A stretch of DNA of 64,000 bases from Octopus vulgaris (lineage: Eukaryota). Positions 27,470 through 41,950 of this stretch are shown in pieces; position 1 is the first letter of the stretch; each line of letters opens with the position of its first letter. Under the pieces are notes generated by a model that saw only the letters and a program-made list of their open reading frames with translations, ran no database searches and was not told the origin of the DNA. The stretch spans positions 75,826,001 through 75,890,000 of the forward strand of contig OX597828.1 of the NCBI GenBank assembly GCA_951406725.2. Direction: 5' to 3'. Both the position numbers and the translations under genes were made by a program.

Positions 27470-28050
27470 ATATATACAATTGAAAACATTGCAGTCAAAT
27501 AGGAGTACGGTTGGGCATTTATTTATTATTCGCCACAACTGTTTCGACACAACGTAGTTCGCCAAGAATACAGGTATTTGATTATGCTACTGTTTGTTTT
27601 CATAATGAGATCAGGTTGCACTTCCTCAGGCGATATACGCGTGTTGTCTCCGTTAATTTAAAAAGGTCGACTTCAAGGCCATCTCCTCTGTCACGTCGTG
27701 GTTTGAATTTAGTAGCGGCTGATAGACCCATGGTATATACCGCGAGAGTGCGTTTGTCGGACTACTGTGAATTGTAGTAGATGGTACTGGCTGGCAATTC
27801 AATGGGATTGCTCTTCTATTCGGTTGTATCTCTGACCTGATCTTTATGGTTAGCTACACATGGGAATTTCTGAAGCTGACCTTTAGGATTCAGTGGTCGG
27901 ATACATTCTCACATACACTCACAGTGACTCAAACCTACATTCTCACGCAGAAACTTATGTATATATACCTATATATAAACATACATACACTCACATAAAT
28001 AAATGTCCAAACGCACTCCTTCAGGGTTCTAATTTCTTCAATTTTATATT
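27470..28050 (-). mobile_element. PLE-type fragment with hammerhead motif (27530-27633, minus) and a diverged inverted copy of its tail (27995-28050)
   Basis: TCGC-CTGAGGA-A-GTGCAAC[~60 nt]GTTGTGTC-GAAA-CAGTTG-T-G-GCGA; tail ATAAATAAATGCCCAACCGTACTCCT vs ATAAATAAATGTCCAAACGCACTCCT on the opposite strand. Confidence 0.6.
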
Positions 28051-28214
28051 CACACACGACGAATGCCCAAATTTAAACTTGGTTGTATATAGTAATACTA
28101 CCGACAGTACTGTTAATTAGGAAGATGTACGCCCTTTATACTGTACTCTACCGCGTTCCTAACGTACTATAACACAACTCCGTGTGTGTGTGTGTGTGTG
28201 TGTGTGTATACATA

Positions 28215-28428
28215 TACTCTTTTACTTGTTTCAGTCATTTGACTGCGGCCATGCTGGAGCACCGCCTTTTAGTCGAGCAAATCGACCCCGGGACTTATTC
28301 TTTGTAAGCCCAGTACTTATTCTATCGGCCGCTTTTGCCGAAGCGCTAAGTGACGGGGACATAAACACACCAGCATCGGTTGTCAAGCAATGCTAGGGGG
28401 ACAAACACAGACACACAAACACACACAC

Positions 28429-28469
<41 letters not shown>

Positions 28470-28616
28470 TACGACAGGCTTCTTTCAGTTTCCGTCTACC
28501 AAATCCACTCACAAGGCATTGGTCGGCCCGGGGCTATAGCAGAAGACACTTACCTAAGATGCCACGCAGTGGGACTGAACCCGAAAGCATGTGGTTGGTT
28601 AGCAAGCTACTTACCA
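28215..28616 (-). mobile_element. SINE family A, young copy
   Basis: Near-identical reverse complement of 27019-27430. Confidence 0.95.
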
Positions 28617-28781
28617 GCGTTCAAAAGAACCTGAAATATTTTTGTTTTGCAATCTTGACGTAGATAAGCTATACTTAATAGCATGCAATCATTGACTAAC
28701 GTTTAGTATATAATGTGATTTCAAGTCAAAAGTTACACGCTCTGACTTTTAGCATATCAGCTTCCAGTTCCAACGTTCCAG

Positions 28782-28863
<82 letters not shown>

Positions 28864-29371
28864 CACACACATACAAACACCATATGCTAAGATTGAGGTA
28901 TCCAACGCGCCCACGAAACTTCAGTCATGGGAAACTGCGAGAATCTATTAAAAATATATGTACCACATACAAAACTATATATATATATATATATATATAC
29001 ATAGACACATATACACATACTTACATACATTATATATATTTAAGAATGAGCAGTTTCTGCATCTGCTAAAATGGGTAGATATATAGGAAAATTAATATAG
29101 ATTCATAGAGAAATAGATAGACCAAAAATGAATATTTATGAATATCACGATTAAAATTATTTAATGTTTAACAGTTGCATGCTGAGTTTTCGGATACCAC
29201 ATGAAGATATTTTTTATGCATGTCACTAGAAAGATCGATGAATATAGGAATGTTGGTGTCAAATCGTAATTTCGTGCTTAAATGTTTATCTACATTATAT
29301 ACGTAATATGATTTTGATATATGTGGATATATCTATTTCGTAAAAATCATACACGTACTACACACAGAGGC

Positions 29372-30103
<732 letters not shown>

Positions 30104-31143
30104 CGCGTGAGTGCGTATTGTTACAGAGATATTTGGCTAGGAATGTTGGTGTGTACACATAATTTCATGTTTAAATGTCTATTTGCATATCTAATAAAAT
30201 TTATATATATTGAGATGTATCTCCATTTCAACTTTTATACGTATGTATATGTGATCTCGAATGTTCCATGTATGCACCATTATACGCATACACGGATATG
30301 GCGTGTTTGTATGCGAGAATGTATGTTAATGTATTTCTACCCACTCAAACATGTACCAGAACATATATGTAAGTATGCGCTGCAGGACAATAAGTTTTCA
30401 GAAACAAAATCTATAACGCAAAGTGTAAATTTAATTAGCCAGACAATGGCGTTGTGTAAAACTAAAGGAGAATACGAAATAATAATAATAATATCAAAAA
30501 CAAGAGTAAGAAGTAAAAAGAGAATTAGGAGGAGAGAGAGAGAGAGAAGTGCATAAATTAAATTGCTGCCAGATAAATATCTCAATATCCCAAGAACACG
30601 TAATTTTAGAAATACAAGAGGAAAAATAAAAGAAAACAGGAAAAATTGAAGAGTATAAATTAAAGTAAACGAAAAAACAACAACAAAAAGACAAAACAAT
30701 ATTAAGCAAAGAAAATATATAACAATACAAACAAATAAGACATGCGAAGATGCAGAAACCATTATGGTGTGTTCACAACAGAGTAAAAAGAAAAAGAATC
30801 AAAACGAGATGAGATGAAACTAGAATAAATTTAGTAAGCAAAGAAAACTAGAAGAAACATTAACATAATTGGTACTTAAAGTTCTCCATGTCGGACGTGG
30901 ACAGTAGCAACAACAGCACTGTAGACACATCGTTAGAGTTTCAATGAGGTTTTTCTTGCTTTTTTGGTTCTTTCCATCATCATCGTTATCATAGTTGTTA
31001 TTGTTATTATTGTTGCTATTGTTAATATTGTTTAGCTTTTGGTTTTCTCTTTTTGAGGAATTTGGTTAAATTCATCTCCTTTAGTGTATCGTATGATTAG
31101 CTTCTATGCCAATTCTGTAATTCCTTCCAAACACACACACAAA

Positions 31144-31197
<54 letters not shown>

Positions 31198-31252
31198 ATA
31201 CACACACACACACACGTATGTATATTTATATCAAAATACACACACACATATG

Positions 31253-31295
<43 letters not shown>

Positions 31296-31355
31296 ACATA
31301 TATACATACATAAATGCATGTTTACATCTACATTCAGTTGTACAAACATACACAC

Positions 31356-31411
<56 letters not shown>

Positions 31412-31800
31412 GCATACATATATATACACACACACATACCTACCCACGCGTACACATTCGTGCATATACAAATCTAAGAAGATTAACACGAACACACTTG
31501 ACCACGGAAATAAATACATATAAACAGGTACATATTAACCAGAAAACAGCCCCGCACACGAAGACATGCAACAACATATTCACGTAAAGTAATACCAAAT
31601 AAATGAAGAGGCTAATAACAATGCAGATATCATCCATCTTGTTCAATTTGATATTATTAATTGTTTGCTTGTTAACTAAATATCTGATTGAATAGTATTT
31701 GTGGTTTTTGTTTGTTTTCTTTTTTCTACGTCTGTCATTTGTTATGTCTCTCTTGAACATTCTCCAAATTTCTCTCTTTCTTTCCCTGCTTTGCTTTCAG

Positions 31801-31853
31801 GGAATTATGTGATAATTACAGTAAAGCTTGGTGTTGTATTTTCTTGTTAAAAA
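31801..31853 (+). other. Candidate short exon (53 nt)
   Basis: Long pyrimidine tract ending ctttcag; donor AAA|gtgagc. Confidence 0.3.
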
Positions 31854-32051
31854 GTGAGCCAGTTACTCCCATTTGCGACGCCAGTAAATATTTAAATTAA
31901 GTAAAATATTAAACTAATTCTAATTTCATTATACCAATATACAAATTGAGTAGGAAACATTCATTATACATATAATCATATATATTAAAATATAACGCAT
32001 ACATACGTTTCATATATAACAAAAATATAATTGTATTTTGTGCTTTTGTAG

Positions 32052-32132
32052 GTACTTCTGGCCATTTCAAGGAGATTTTTAACAAACCGTTTTTGGGTAC
32101 TGCGTAGCAGCCAACAGTTGTTAATGAACAAA
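32052..32132 (+). other. Candidate exon (81 nt)
   Basis: Acceptor ttttgtgcttttgtag and donor AAA|gtaagt; phase-0 frame is open (VLLAISRRFLTNRFWVLRSSQQLLMNK), or a UTR exon ending ATG AAC AAA. Confidence 0.45.
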
Positions 32133-32145
32133 GTAAGTATGGTTA

Positions 32146-32194
<49 letters not shown>

Positions 32195-32369
32195 GACACA
32201 TACTGAGCGTTGTACACGCATATATTTATATATCGAGAAGCAGAGTGACTGTGCACGCATTAATGTTATATTTTCAATTTCACTGTATCCTGCAGCTTCA
32301 TGCGTTCATTTGATTTGTTAGTTTACGCAAAAATATGAAACATTGCAAAAAATATAGCAACCCGTACAG

Positions 32370-32413
<44 letters not shown>

Positions 32414-33624
32414 CATACATACATACATACATACATACATACATACCTATATACAGATATACAGGGACTCCTAATTATATTATGTTCAAGACTAGCACAT
32501 ACTGTTTCTGAATACATTTGTTCTTTTTGTTCGTATACCTGAGATTGAGTTAAGACTTTGCTAAATATTTTTTTTCAAGTGTAAAACGACAATCTTGTGA
32601 CACAAGATGAAATTTAGGAATAATATACTGCCATCACTTTCTTCGTGTTAAATGTCTTTGTTGCAGTCGCTATGACACTGGTTGCAAATGTTGTGCTGTT
32701 TTATACCTAAATTTAGGAATGTCGAACAGATCTATGATCATAAGCCCGTCTGTTTCGAGATATAATATAGCTAGGTCTAGAGTGGCTGACGTAATCGGTA
32801 GCCTAGTTTAATATCCACCACCATCTTGGCTTTGGACTATTTTTAACAGGTTTTAAGGGTTTGCCATGTTTAGGGCCACGTCTCCGGTTTAAAGATAGGT
32901 TTTTTGCTTCTCTGGCACCAGTATTCAGACCCTGAAAATGAGGATACGGGAGGTGCCTATTGTTCATTACGGAGTAAATTCAAAGTTTCTACATACATCA
33001 AATACGACCATCCATGTTTGAGGATATTTCGTAGCTATTTCTGGCAGATTTTACAACCCCATAGCGGTTTTCATGTCTTATTGTTGATTCCTAATCACTG
33101 ACATGTATAACCTCATGGTTTATTTCATGGTTTAAACATTGAAAGAATGGTAATATCCGGACTCTAAGACAGAGGGTAGAAGACAGGAAGATGACCTCAG
33201 ACCGGGCTATGGTAGAGTATTGGAACCATGAAGGACCAGTTGGTGATGTCGTGGGATGAAATACTAAGGGATCCATGTGACTCTCGCCATACAATTTCTC
33301 CACATTCAAATTCAGCGGTATTCTATAGTATTTTTAACTGGTAGATTTAAATCAACCACTGCATATTACTAGTATGTACTGAACTTATGTATAGTGAATT
33401 TTTTGTCGGTTTCGACAATGAATCTTCAGTTACTCGACCAATCGAATTCTTATTCTTGAAGTTAGAATGCAAATGGCAGATTATTCCACCCGCAAGGGAA
33501 TATTTAGCGTAATATTCGACCTGAATCGGCAAGACAAACTATGACAGGGTATGAAATTTGGATTACAGTTATAATCATGAAAGAAATAGGGGGAGAGAGG
33601 GAGGGAGCGAAGGAAATAGTATTC

Positions 33625-33775
33625 GATACCCGTACTAGCCTGGTATGTTATTTATCGACTTAAAAATTCAACGGTAACTTCGGCAGAAATTGAACTCAGT
33701 ACACAGAGTTGGAACTTCTACAGCAAATTATTATATCCGACGTTCTAACGGCTCTGTGAATTTGCTGTCTTCAAT
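33625..33775 (-). mobile_element. SINE family B remnant
   Basis: TTTATCGAC...TTCGGCAGAAATTGAACTCAG matches the family B reverse complement. Confidence 0.55.
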
Positions 33776-34129
33776 TCACGTATGTTGTTGATAGATAATC
33801 ATAACATTTGAAAAAAACGATAGTTGAACCGTTTTCAGCGTTCTCAGCTTAACTGGACAAGTTTCCTGATTACTTCATCAGCATGGTAATAACGATGTTC
33901 TTGTGATGTTCACAGAGTGCTGTAAGTTCATTCATTTTTCATAATGTCATTTAGGGCCCTAGTGTTGAAAGAAGTTATATTTATTGATCTATTGTATTTC
34001 AGTAGGGATTCATTAAACAGTATTTTGATCTTGACTTGGTTTTCGGTCAGGGGACGTGATCGTTGTGAATCCACGTGGCGAGCGATGCGCTATGGTAAAT
34101 TATGATGTTTTGCGATGTTTTTTTTTCTA

Positions 34130-34610
34130 TAAGGCACGTTGATATGCGAATTACCAAAGCCTGGGCTTCAATGAGCAAAATAGAAAATATATGCAAATCA
34201 TAGCTACCCTGAAAAATCAAAATAATCTTCAAAACATCTGTTGAGTCAGTGTTGGTGAATGGATCAAGGCAGAAGCACTTGAGAAGAAACTGGATGGTGC
34301 ATACACGAAACTGCTTAGGATTGTACAAATCATATACTTGCGTCAACGTATTACAAATGACATTTTATAAGAAAACTTGTTTAAGGTAACTAAAACATGC
34401 TTAAAGACGGTTATAAATTGCATGGCATTTCTGGTGAAGTAAGCAGGAAGTTGTACAGAAGCTGTTGTAGTGGAAACCAACAAACTGGCGATGCTGGAAG
34501 ATTTATCGATCAACTCTCAGACGTTACAAACCTCAGTAACGAGCAATTGTCACAAGCCATGGAAACTTGTGAATTTTGGCGAGGTACGAATACAATAGAA
34601 TGAGGAACGA
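34130..34610 (+). mobile_element. RTE-type LINE ORF2 C-terminal remnant
   Basis: DMRITKAWAS..; VESVLVNG; LEKKLDGAYTKLLR. Confidence 0.65.
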
Positions 34611-35119
34611 AATGCAACGGAATCTGAATTGAGAAAAAAGACACATCCTTTCAACACTATCCTTCATCAACAAACTAAATCCCTCGGCCATTCAACCTTT
34701 CAGCTCACTATTGGGGTGGGGACCCCCTTCTCTATAGAGTCTTATCAGAAAAAAACTAACCCTACTCTTTCCGGCTAGATTCTCAAACGTGACCAACTGA
34801 GCTTATGGATATCCAGCCATCACCTCCATGATACCCCTTGGTCTCCTACCAGTTAGTTCGGCGTGAAGAAACCGTCTTGCAATCCTTTCTTGCGAAATTC
34901 CAATCCATATTACCGGGGCTGTGACTTCCCATTACGGAGAAGTAGTATCTAGATTTGAAAAGACTCCTTAATCTACGAGCTACCCACCATTAAGCCACAT
35001 ATTTATAAGCCTAAACAACCGTTATTCACGAGTGAGAATGACTTGGCAACACGTACCCTGTTTTTGGCTAATTGTTTCTTGTGCTTATGTAGTCGAGAAG
35101 AGATTTAGACACCATAACA

Positions 35120-35262
35120 AAGCCAACTGGTGCTTAATTATACCCGAGTAGATGGAAGCAAAGTGAAATACCTCAGTTAAGCGCACAACGCGCTGCCCGG
35201 TCACGGAATTGAAACCGCAAGGCTTGTCAAGAGCCGAATACTTTAACCGCTAGGCCAGGCAA
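35120..35262 (-). mobile_element. tRNA-derived SINE head fragment
   Basis: Minus strand TGGCCTAGCGGTTAAAGTATTCGGCTC...GGTTTCAATTCC (A and B boxes). Confidence 0.6.
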
Positions 35263-35498
35263 CTTTCGAAACAACAAATTTATTTACTTGTCTATTTAGA
35301 ACTATGGCATTCAGTGTATCCCTCCATGTTTATTATTGTAGAATAATCATTTGAAGTACATCTGTGTACTATTTCAAGCAGATTAAGTGATTGCGTACAC
35401 GCTCCTTCATGGATCCCATTAAATGCGTATTTATTTTGGTGTTGCACAGTTTCTACTAAACCCTGTAGTCTTGTTAATAAAACTAATTAGCTCATTGC

Positions 35499-35509
35499 TG
35501 TTGTTGTTG

Positions 35510-35556
<47 letters not shown>
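35499..35556. repeat. (GTT)n(ATT)n trinucleotide repeat
   Basis: Direct inspection. Confidence 0.95.
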
Positions 35557-36662
35557 GGAAGTCTTATTTCCAAACATCTAATGCTTAATGACAGGATGTT
35601 TAATTCGCATCATGGTGTTATTGGAAACCATCAATCATTTTAAGTGAAACCTTCAATTAATCTTTGCGAAATCTAAGCCCCTGTTTCAACAGTAGAATAT
35701 TCATAAAATGTTCTTTAATCAAACTAACATTTACATTCACGATAACGCATTTACATCTACCAAAACATGGAACACTATAATCGCCTAAATACCCGCATTC
35801 TTTCCTCGATATCAAAATATACTCTACGGTTAGCGATATGGTTCTCGTTGTCAGTGTTTTTGTTACTATTGCCATAATTGTCATGGTTATTTACTTTATT
35901 TAGCCACAGGTCAACCCTCATAGCGCAGGTTATAACCAACAGCACTGTATTTGTGATCATCCTATCGCATGGTAAATACAGGACCACGATATCTAATTTG
36001 ATTTGAGACGACAGCAGTGAATTTAACGAAGAGTGAAATGTTACTTTTAGAAAGTTCATGGAAGAAGTTTCGACAAAGTGTTGCTTTTTGGTCCCAGATG
36101 TTCTCTGATAAGGGAATCTCATTTTAAAAGCGATTTGTCGATGACTTTTGTGTTTACGAGTAATACACTGACGCATATTTCCTGTTAAAACAGGACGCGT
36201 CTGTTTTGAGACATACACACACGTGCGCGCGCACGCACACACATGCGTGTACGTAACCGTGTGTGTGTATGAATATGTGAAGGCCGCAGGTCTTGCAGTG
36301 GAAGTATCAGGCTTACGATACGGTCATGGATTCTAGTGCTTGGCCGGGTAACGTATTTTGTGCTGCATAAGGCTCATCACTTCGTATTGTTCCATCTTAA
36401 TTGTTGAGAACCGTACCTGGCAAGCGATGCTGGAGCCCTCTTTCACGTCAGCTATTTTATTATTGATGTTTTACAGCGTGAAATGGTGGGAAGGGGCCCA
36501 CGTGGTGCTTATCTCTCCTCGCAGCTAAAGATACTTAAAACAATCAGTGAAACGATGTTACATGCTACGTTGTAATAGTCGTGTGTGTGTGTGTGTGTGT
36601 ATGACGTCTACATTTGCTATACATACATATATAATATCTGTCTCAACCAGATTCATACGTGT

Positions 36663-36730
<68 letters not shown>

Positions 36731-37003
36731 TACAGGTTGAAAAAAAAATTTAAATCTTCCTGAGACGATAAACAGATTAAAATGACTGAGTGACTGAGGA
36801 AGCTTCTAGATATCCTACACATACTACTGCTAATCCTCTCCATTTCAACCTTCTTTGTCCCTACATCACTTTTCCTGTCTCACAATACAAGTCAATGTTC
36901 CCATGCATTTGCTCCTTCTTTATTCAGTGTTTCATTTGAACCGCCATCAACAATTTGGTAAAGATTCACTGAGAAATGGCAATATTATCTAAAGATAAAC
37001 AAA

Positions 37004-37203
37004 GCGGTGCGCTGGCAGAATCGTTAGCACGCTCGGCAAAATGCTGAGCGATATTTCGCCAGTCGCTACGTTCTGAGTTCAAATTCCGCCGAGGTCGACT
37101 TTGCCTTTCGTCCTATCGAAGTCGATGAAATAAGTACCAGTTGTGTACTGGGGTCGATGTAATCGACTAGCATCTCTCACCAAATATGCCTATAGTAGAA
37201 AGG
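37004..37203 (+). mobile_element. tRNA-derived SINE family B
   Basis: GCTGGCAGAATCGTTAGCAC...GAGTTCAAATTCCGCCGAGGTCGACTTTGCCTTTC...AATAAGTACCAG...GGGGTCGATGTAATCGACT. Confidence 0.92.
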
Positions 37204-37902
37204 CAAACACAAAGAAAATATTGTCGCCTGCCTGTTTGTGGACATGCATGCGTAAATGCGCGTGTATATATTTTAAAGTTGTGTTTGATTTAAGGGTGAT
37301 TTAGTTTCTATTTCTAACATGTCTAAATACTACATAGGCTCCCCTTTTGTTAACGGAAGGTAATTGTGTCTGAATAATGTACTTATGCGTACAGGGATGC
37401 ATTGTATGTATGTATGTCTTTCTATTTGTAATACTTCGATGCCCTCTCCATGCTTTGTGTTGTCATACACACATACACATACATACACGGAGAGAGTGAG
37501 AGAGAGATAGCAAGAATGAGTGAAAGAGAGAGAGAGAGAAGATATAAGTATATATATTTGTTATCTGATACCAAGTTGTGTGTATGTGTGTGCCTGTGTT
37601 TGAAAATTGTGCGTTTATATTTAAACATTAATGGATGCAAGCCAATGCAAGAGAGAAATATATAGATATGATATGAAATATATATATATATTGAAAGTGT
37701 ATGTATGTATACCAGTCATATATACATACATGCAGACACCAGAAGTGAGAGAGAAGGTGACGGAGAATTATAGGAATAAATACAGATGAAGACAGATGGA
37801 TCAATTGAGAGATAGCGAGTAAGAGAGGGAGAAACAAAGAGATATACTGATGTAGCGAGGAAGAGGAATAGAAAAATATATAGAGTGATGTAGAGAGAGA
37901 GA

Positions 37903-37953
<51 letters not shown>

Positions 37954-38930
37954 CAAGATAAAGATCGGCCAAGTAAGATAGAGGATGAGGCGATAGAGGC
38001 ACAACGATAAAGATAGAAAGAGAGGTGGAGAAAGAGAGAGGGAGAGAAAGAAAGAGGGTGAAAGGAAAGAGAAGTAATGTGAAAGTATTGGAGAGAAGAA
38101 AGAAACGGAAAGGATCCTCGAAATATTTTCAACAGTTTATTCCAAAGTTCCCGCTTGGGAGAAATCGATTCTGTAGATATCAATCAGCACTTAAGTTCTT
38201 TTCGAGATTGTTGAAGCATGCGCAGTGCGATGCTGCATACGATCGACTGTTGAAAAGCTGGTTTGTGTATGTATTTTATTCGGTAAATCTTCTCTTTAGG
38301 CTATACAGCATTATCAGTTGAACCGATGAATCTTAGAAAACGCGAATTTCTTTTAAAATATATAGAAATTGTCTTCAATTGAACGTTAATTCAACCATCA
38401 TGGAATCATTGAAATAACGCCAAGAAAAGCTTCAAGGTAGCAAATCTTTCCCTATTAAAAGCTAAAATGGCGTCATAAGACTGTTGGCAACATATAACTT
38501 GAAATTGTTATCTAAATCCTACTTTAAAAATAAAATTTGTACGGGATTCGATTTGGAAGAAAATGTTAGTCATTTTTCAAAAGATTTTCCAGAAAAGATT
38601 TTGTTTTGATTTTCTGAGAATTGCTTTGGCTCTACTCTAGAGACATTTTCGTGTGATATTTGTGAAGACGGGTTTACCTAGAATACGAGAATTCATTTGG
38701 CTTTTATTAAGAGCCAACAACTATTAGTTATAAAGTTTCAATAGTTAATGCTAGGATGAAGGGAGACAAAAAGTACTGCGCTAAAAGTGTGAATTGGCGG
38801 AGGCATAACTGTGAGGTTCAAAAGTTCAGTTTATGAATTTGTGGTGTTTTCGAGTTCGAAATGATCCTACGACATCTTTGGGTATTTCTCTTTAACCCAT
38901 AGCCTCGACGAAATCAACACTTACATACAT

Positions 38931-39267
38931 GGGCGCAGGCGTGGGTGTGTGGCAAGAAGCTTGCTTTCCAATCACATGGTTCCGGGTTCAGTCCCACTGC
39001 GTGGCAACTTGGGCAAATGTCTTCTGCTATAGCTTCGGGCCGACCAAAGATTGATGTGTAGATTTGGTAGACGGAAACTGAAAGAAGCCCGTCCTATATA
39101 TATATGTTTGTGTCTCTGTCTGTTCTCCTACCATCGCTTGACAACCGATGTTGGTGTGTTTACGTCCCTGTAAACTAGCGGTTCGATCTGTTCGAATACA
39201 GGAAGTGCTCCAGCATGGCTGGAGTCAAATGACTGAAACAAGTGAAAGTGTAAAAAGGAGTAAAAGT
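38931..39267 (+). mobile_element. SINE family A with an internal deletion
   Basis: GGCGCAGGCGTGGGTGTGTGG head through the GTAAAAG tail. Confidence 0.92.
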
Positions 39268-40022
39268 GTTTGCGTATATATATATATATATACAATTAGC
39301 CACTGGGATTCTAAAGGAATACAGGTAAGTGGAATTTTTAAAAATTACTGAAAAATGCTCTCTGGAAACAAGTCGAAACGATAGCTTGCTTTCGAGGGAT
39401 TGACGTAATGCCATTTTCGATAAAGGTATCGCGTGTATCACTGCTGTGTGATGAAGATTATTTGGTTATCTGTCTTGTTAATGATTTTCAATACAGTTTT
39501 ATGTAATTATCCAAAACATCTACCAAAGGCCCGCACCTCATTTACATTCAAACATAATTTTCGTCAAAATTCTATGATAACACACACACATATATATATA
39601 TATGCGAAATCTCTGTTGATCTGGCTATGCCCCAGATGCTGCAGGGAGCTTGACTCCTCCCTCATTAGTCATAAGATAAGTGCTTTATCGTGGCTAAAAG
39701 TTGCTTTGACTCGTATTTCTAGCAATGCTATATATATAGTATTTAGTCCTCCTTTTCAGCTGTAAATTGCTAATAGGTCACCTTTATTATTTATAATTTT
39801 CACTTTCATAGTTTTTGAAATCAGTCTGAGATTAATAGACCTAATAGGTGTTTGATCACTGGTTCAAAGCAACCCTCCGAATTATTTTTTTATTCATTTT
39901 AGAAACTTTATTCTTACCACCAAGAATTGTATGTTGTTGACATCATAAGAGCTCATACCGCAACGAAATACATATTCATCTTTTACAGGTGAAAAAGAAT
40001 TCCATTGTTTGGTCTATGCTAA

Positions 40023-40424
40023 CGCAGGAGTGGCTGTGTGGTAAGTAGCTTGCTAACCAACCACATGGTTCTGGGTTCAGTCCCACTGCGTGACACCTTG
40101 AGCAAGTGTCTTCTGCCTAAGCCCCGGGCCGACCAATGCCTTCTCAGTGGATTTGGTAGACGGAAACTGAAAGAAGCCCGTCGTATATACGTATATATAT
40201 ATGTGTGTGCGTGTATGTTTGTGTGTCTGTGTTTGTCCCCCTAGCATTGTTTGACAACCGATGCTGGTGTGTTTACTTCCCCGTCACTTACCGGTTCGGC
40301 AAAAGAGACCGATGGAATAAGTACTGGGCTTACAAAAGAATAAGTCCCGGGGTCGAGTTGCTCGATTAAAGGCGGTGCTCCAGCATGGCCGCAGTCAAAT
40401 GACTGAAACAAGTAAAAGAGTAAA
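40023..40424 (+). mobile_element. SINE family A, full length
   Basis: Matches 27019-27430 along its length. Confidence 0.95.
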
Positions 40425-41060
40425 GCTTAAATCTGATTTTGTTAAGGGAGAAATCTTAAACGAATTTGGCAAAGTGAAGATGAAGCTAATTTGGGAAATT
40501 GAAGAAACCCGTTGTTCTTATTGCTGAAACAAGCTAACGTAGCTCCACTCAATCAATCTGTTTTTTATGCCCTTTTGACTTTAATGATTTTAAGCCATAT
40601 AAAGATATCAGTAATAAATCGTCCGTGGGATCTGTAAAATACTAGAAAGGATTAAACATCAAAATGCCCTGAGAAGAATTCCAGAAAGAACATTTGATCC
40701 TGACTGAGACCGCCTCCCAAAGCCATGGCGGAGAAAACAAATGGCCAAAATTAAATTACTAATGCTCAAAGGGAACAAAACAAGAAGGCAGCCCGTCAAA
40801 TGTATCATCTGGCACAGGGATTTACACACAGACTGATGCTTTGATCGTCTTATGCTATCTAGAGTAGCAGTCAATGTAGCAATTACTCCTTACCATAACA
40901 AAAGGACAAGGGGCTTTAAATGCCTGCAAAACATTAGCAAAAAAAAAGTAGGGAAATCTTCTTGAAGATGGTACACCCTATATCTTCTGATCCCAATAAA
41001 AATACTATGTATAAATGCACTGTTAATTGCAGCGGTCGAGCATTACACTTGTTGAAAAAA

Positions 41061-41380
41061 CAGGTAAAGACCTCCTTCAATCATGAATGATCATGAGATT
41101 GCATTAAGAAATTTTCCCTCCGAAGTACAAGTCTGTGTAAGACCAGCAATAGCACGTGCATACTAGCCTCCCCTTCTCCACGCCACTGATGTTGTCCAAG
41201 GGAAAGGCAAAGGCCGAAACAGCTTGGCACCAGTGACGTCGCAACTCATTTCTGCAGCTGTACCCACGTGAAATATAGTGTATTGCTCAAGAATACAACA
41301 CAGCCCAGTCAGGGAATCGAACTACTCTTCACCTCATGATTTTGAGCCTGAACTTAAAACCACTGAGCCACGCGTCTTCA
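41061..41380 (-). mobile_element. tRNA-derived SINE family C
   Basis: Minus strand GCGTGGCTCAGTGGTT...GTTCGATTCCC head; the body differs from families A and B. Confidence 0.75.
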
Positions 41381-41782
41381 TATTTGTTTAAGTGTAGACA
41401 AAAGAAGATGCAAAAGCTGACATGGTTACAAAACAAAACAAGCAGAACAGAAGAACTGAAGCAAAACTCATGCATACCCCCACAGAAGGCCACCGCAACA
41501 TTCGCATCGGCTTTACTACTGAACATCAAAAGCTATCACACTTCAACAAGAAAATTTCCATGCTCGAGAGAACTTCATTTCAAGCAATCAAGTATTATGA
41601 TCACTTAGACAATATATGTAGATAGATAAGTTTTTTCTTTTCTATGTTGAGATATGCACACTGAAATAAATTGTGTTTTCTACAAACTAGAAACAAAGAA
41701 ACGATGGTGAATTTGCTACGTATATCTTGAAAATATCACGCCCCTACCCTCCCTTGTTAAGTTTAGTTTGCAATACTAATAG

Positions 41783-41839
<57 letters not shown>

Positions 41840-41856
41840 ATATATATATATGTGTG

Positions 41857-41944
<88 letters not shown>

Positions 41945-41950
<6 letters not shown>

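Noticed and set aside
34895-34945. Twister-like GTCACAGCCCCGGTAA on the minus strand
   Set aside because: Pseudoknot partners and P1 could not be identified.
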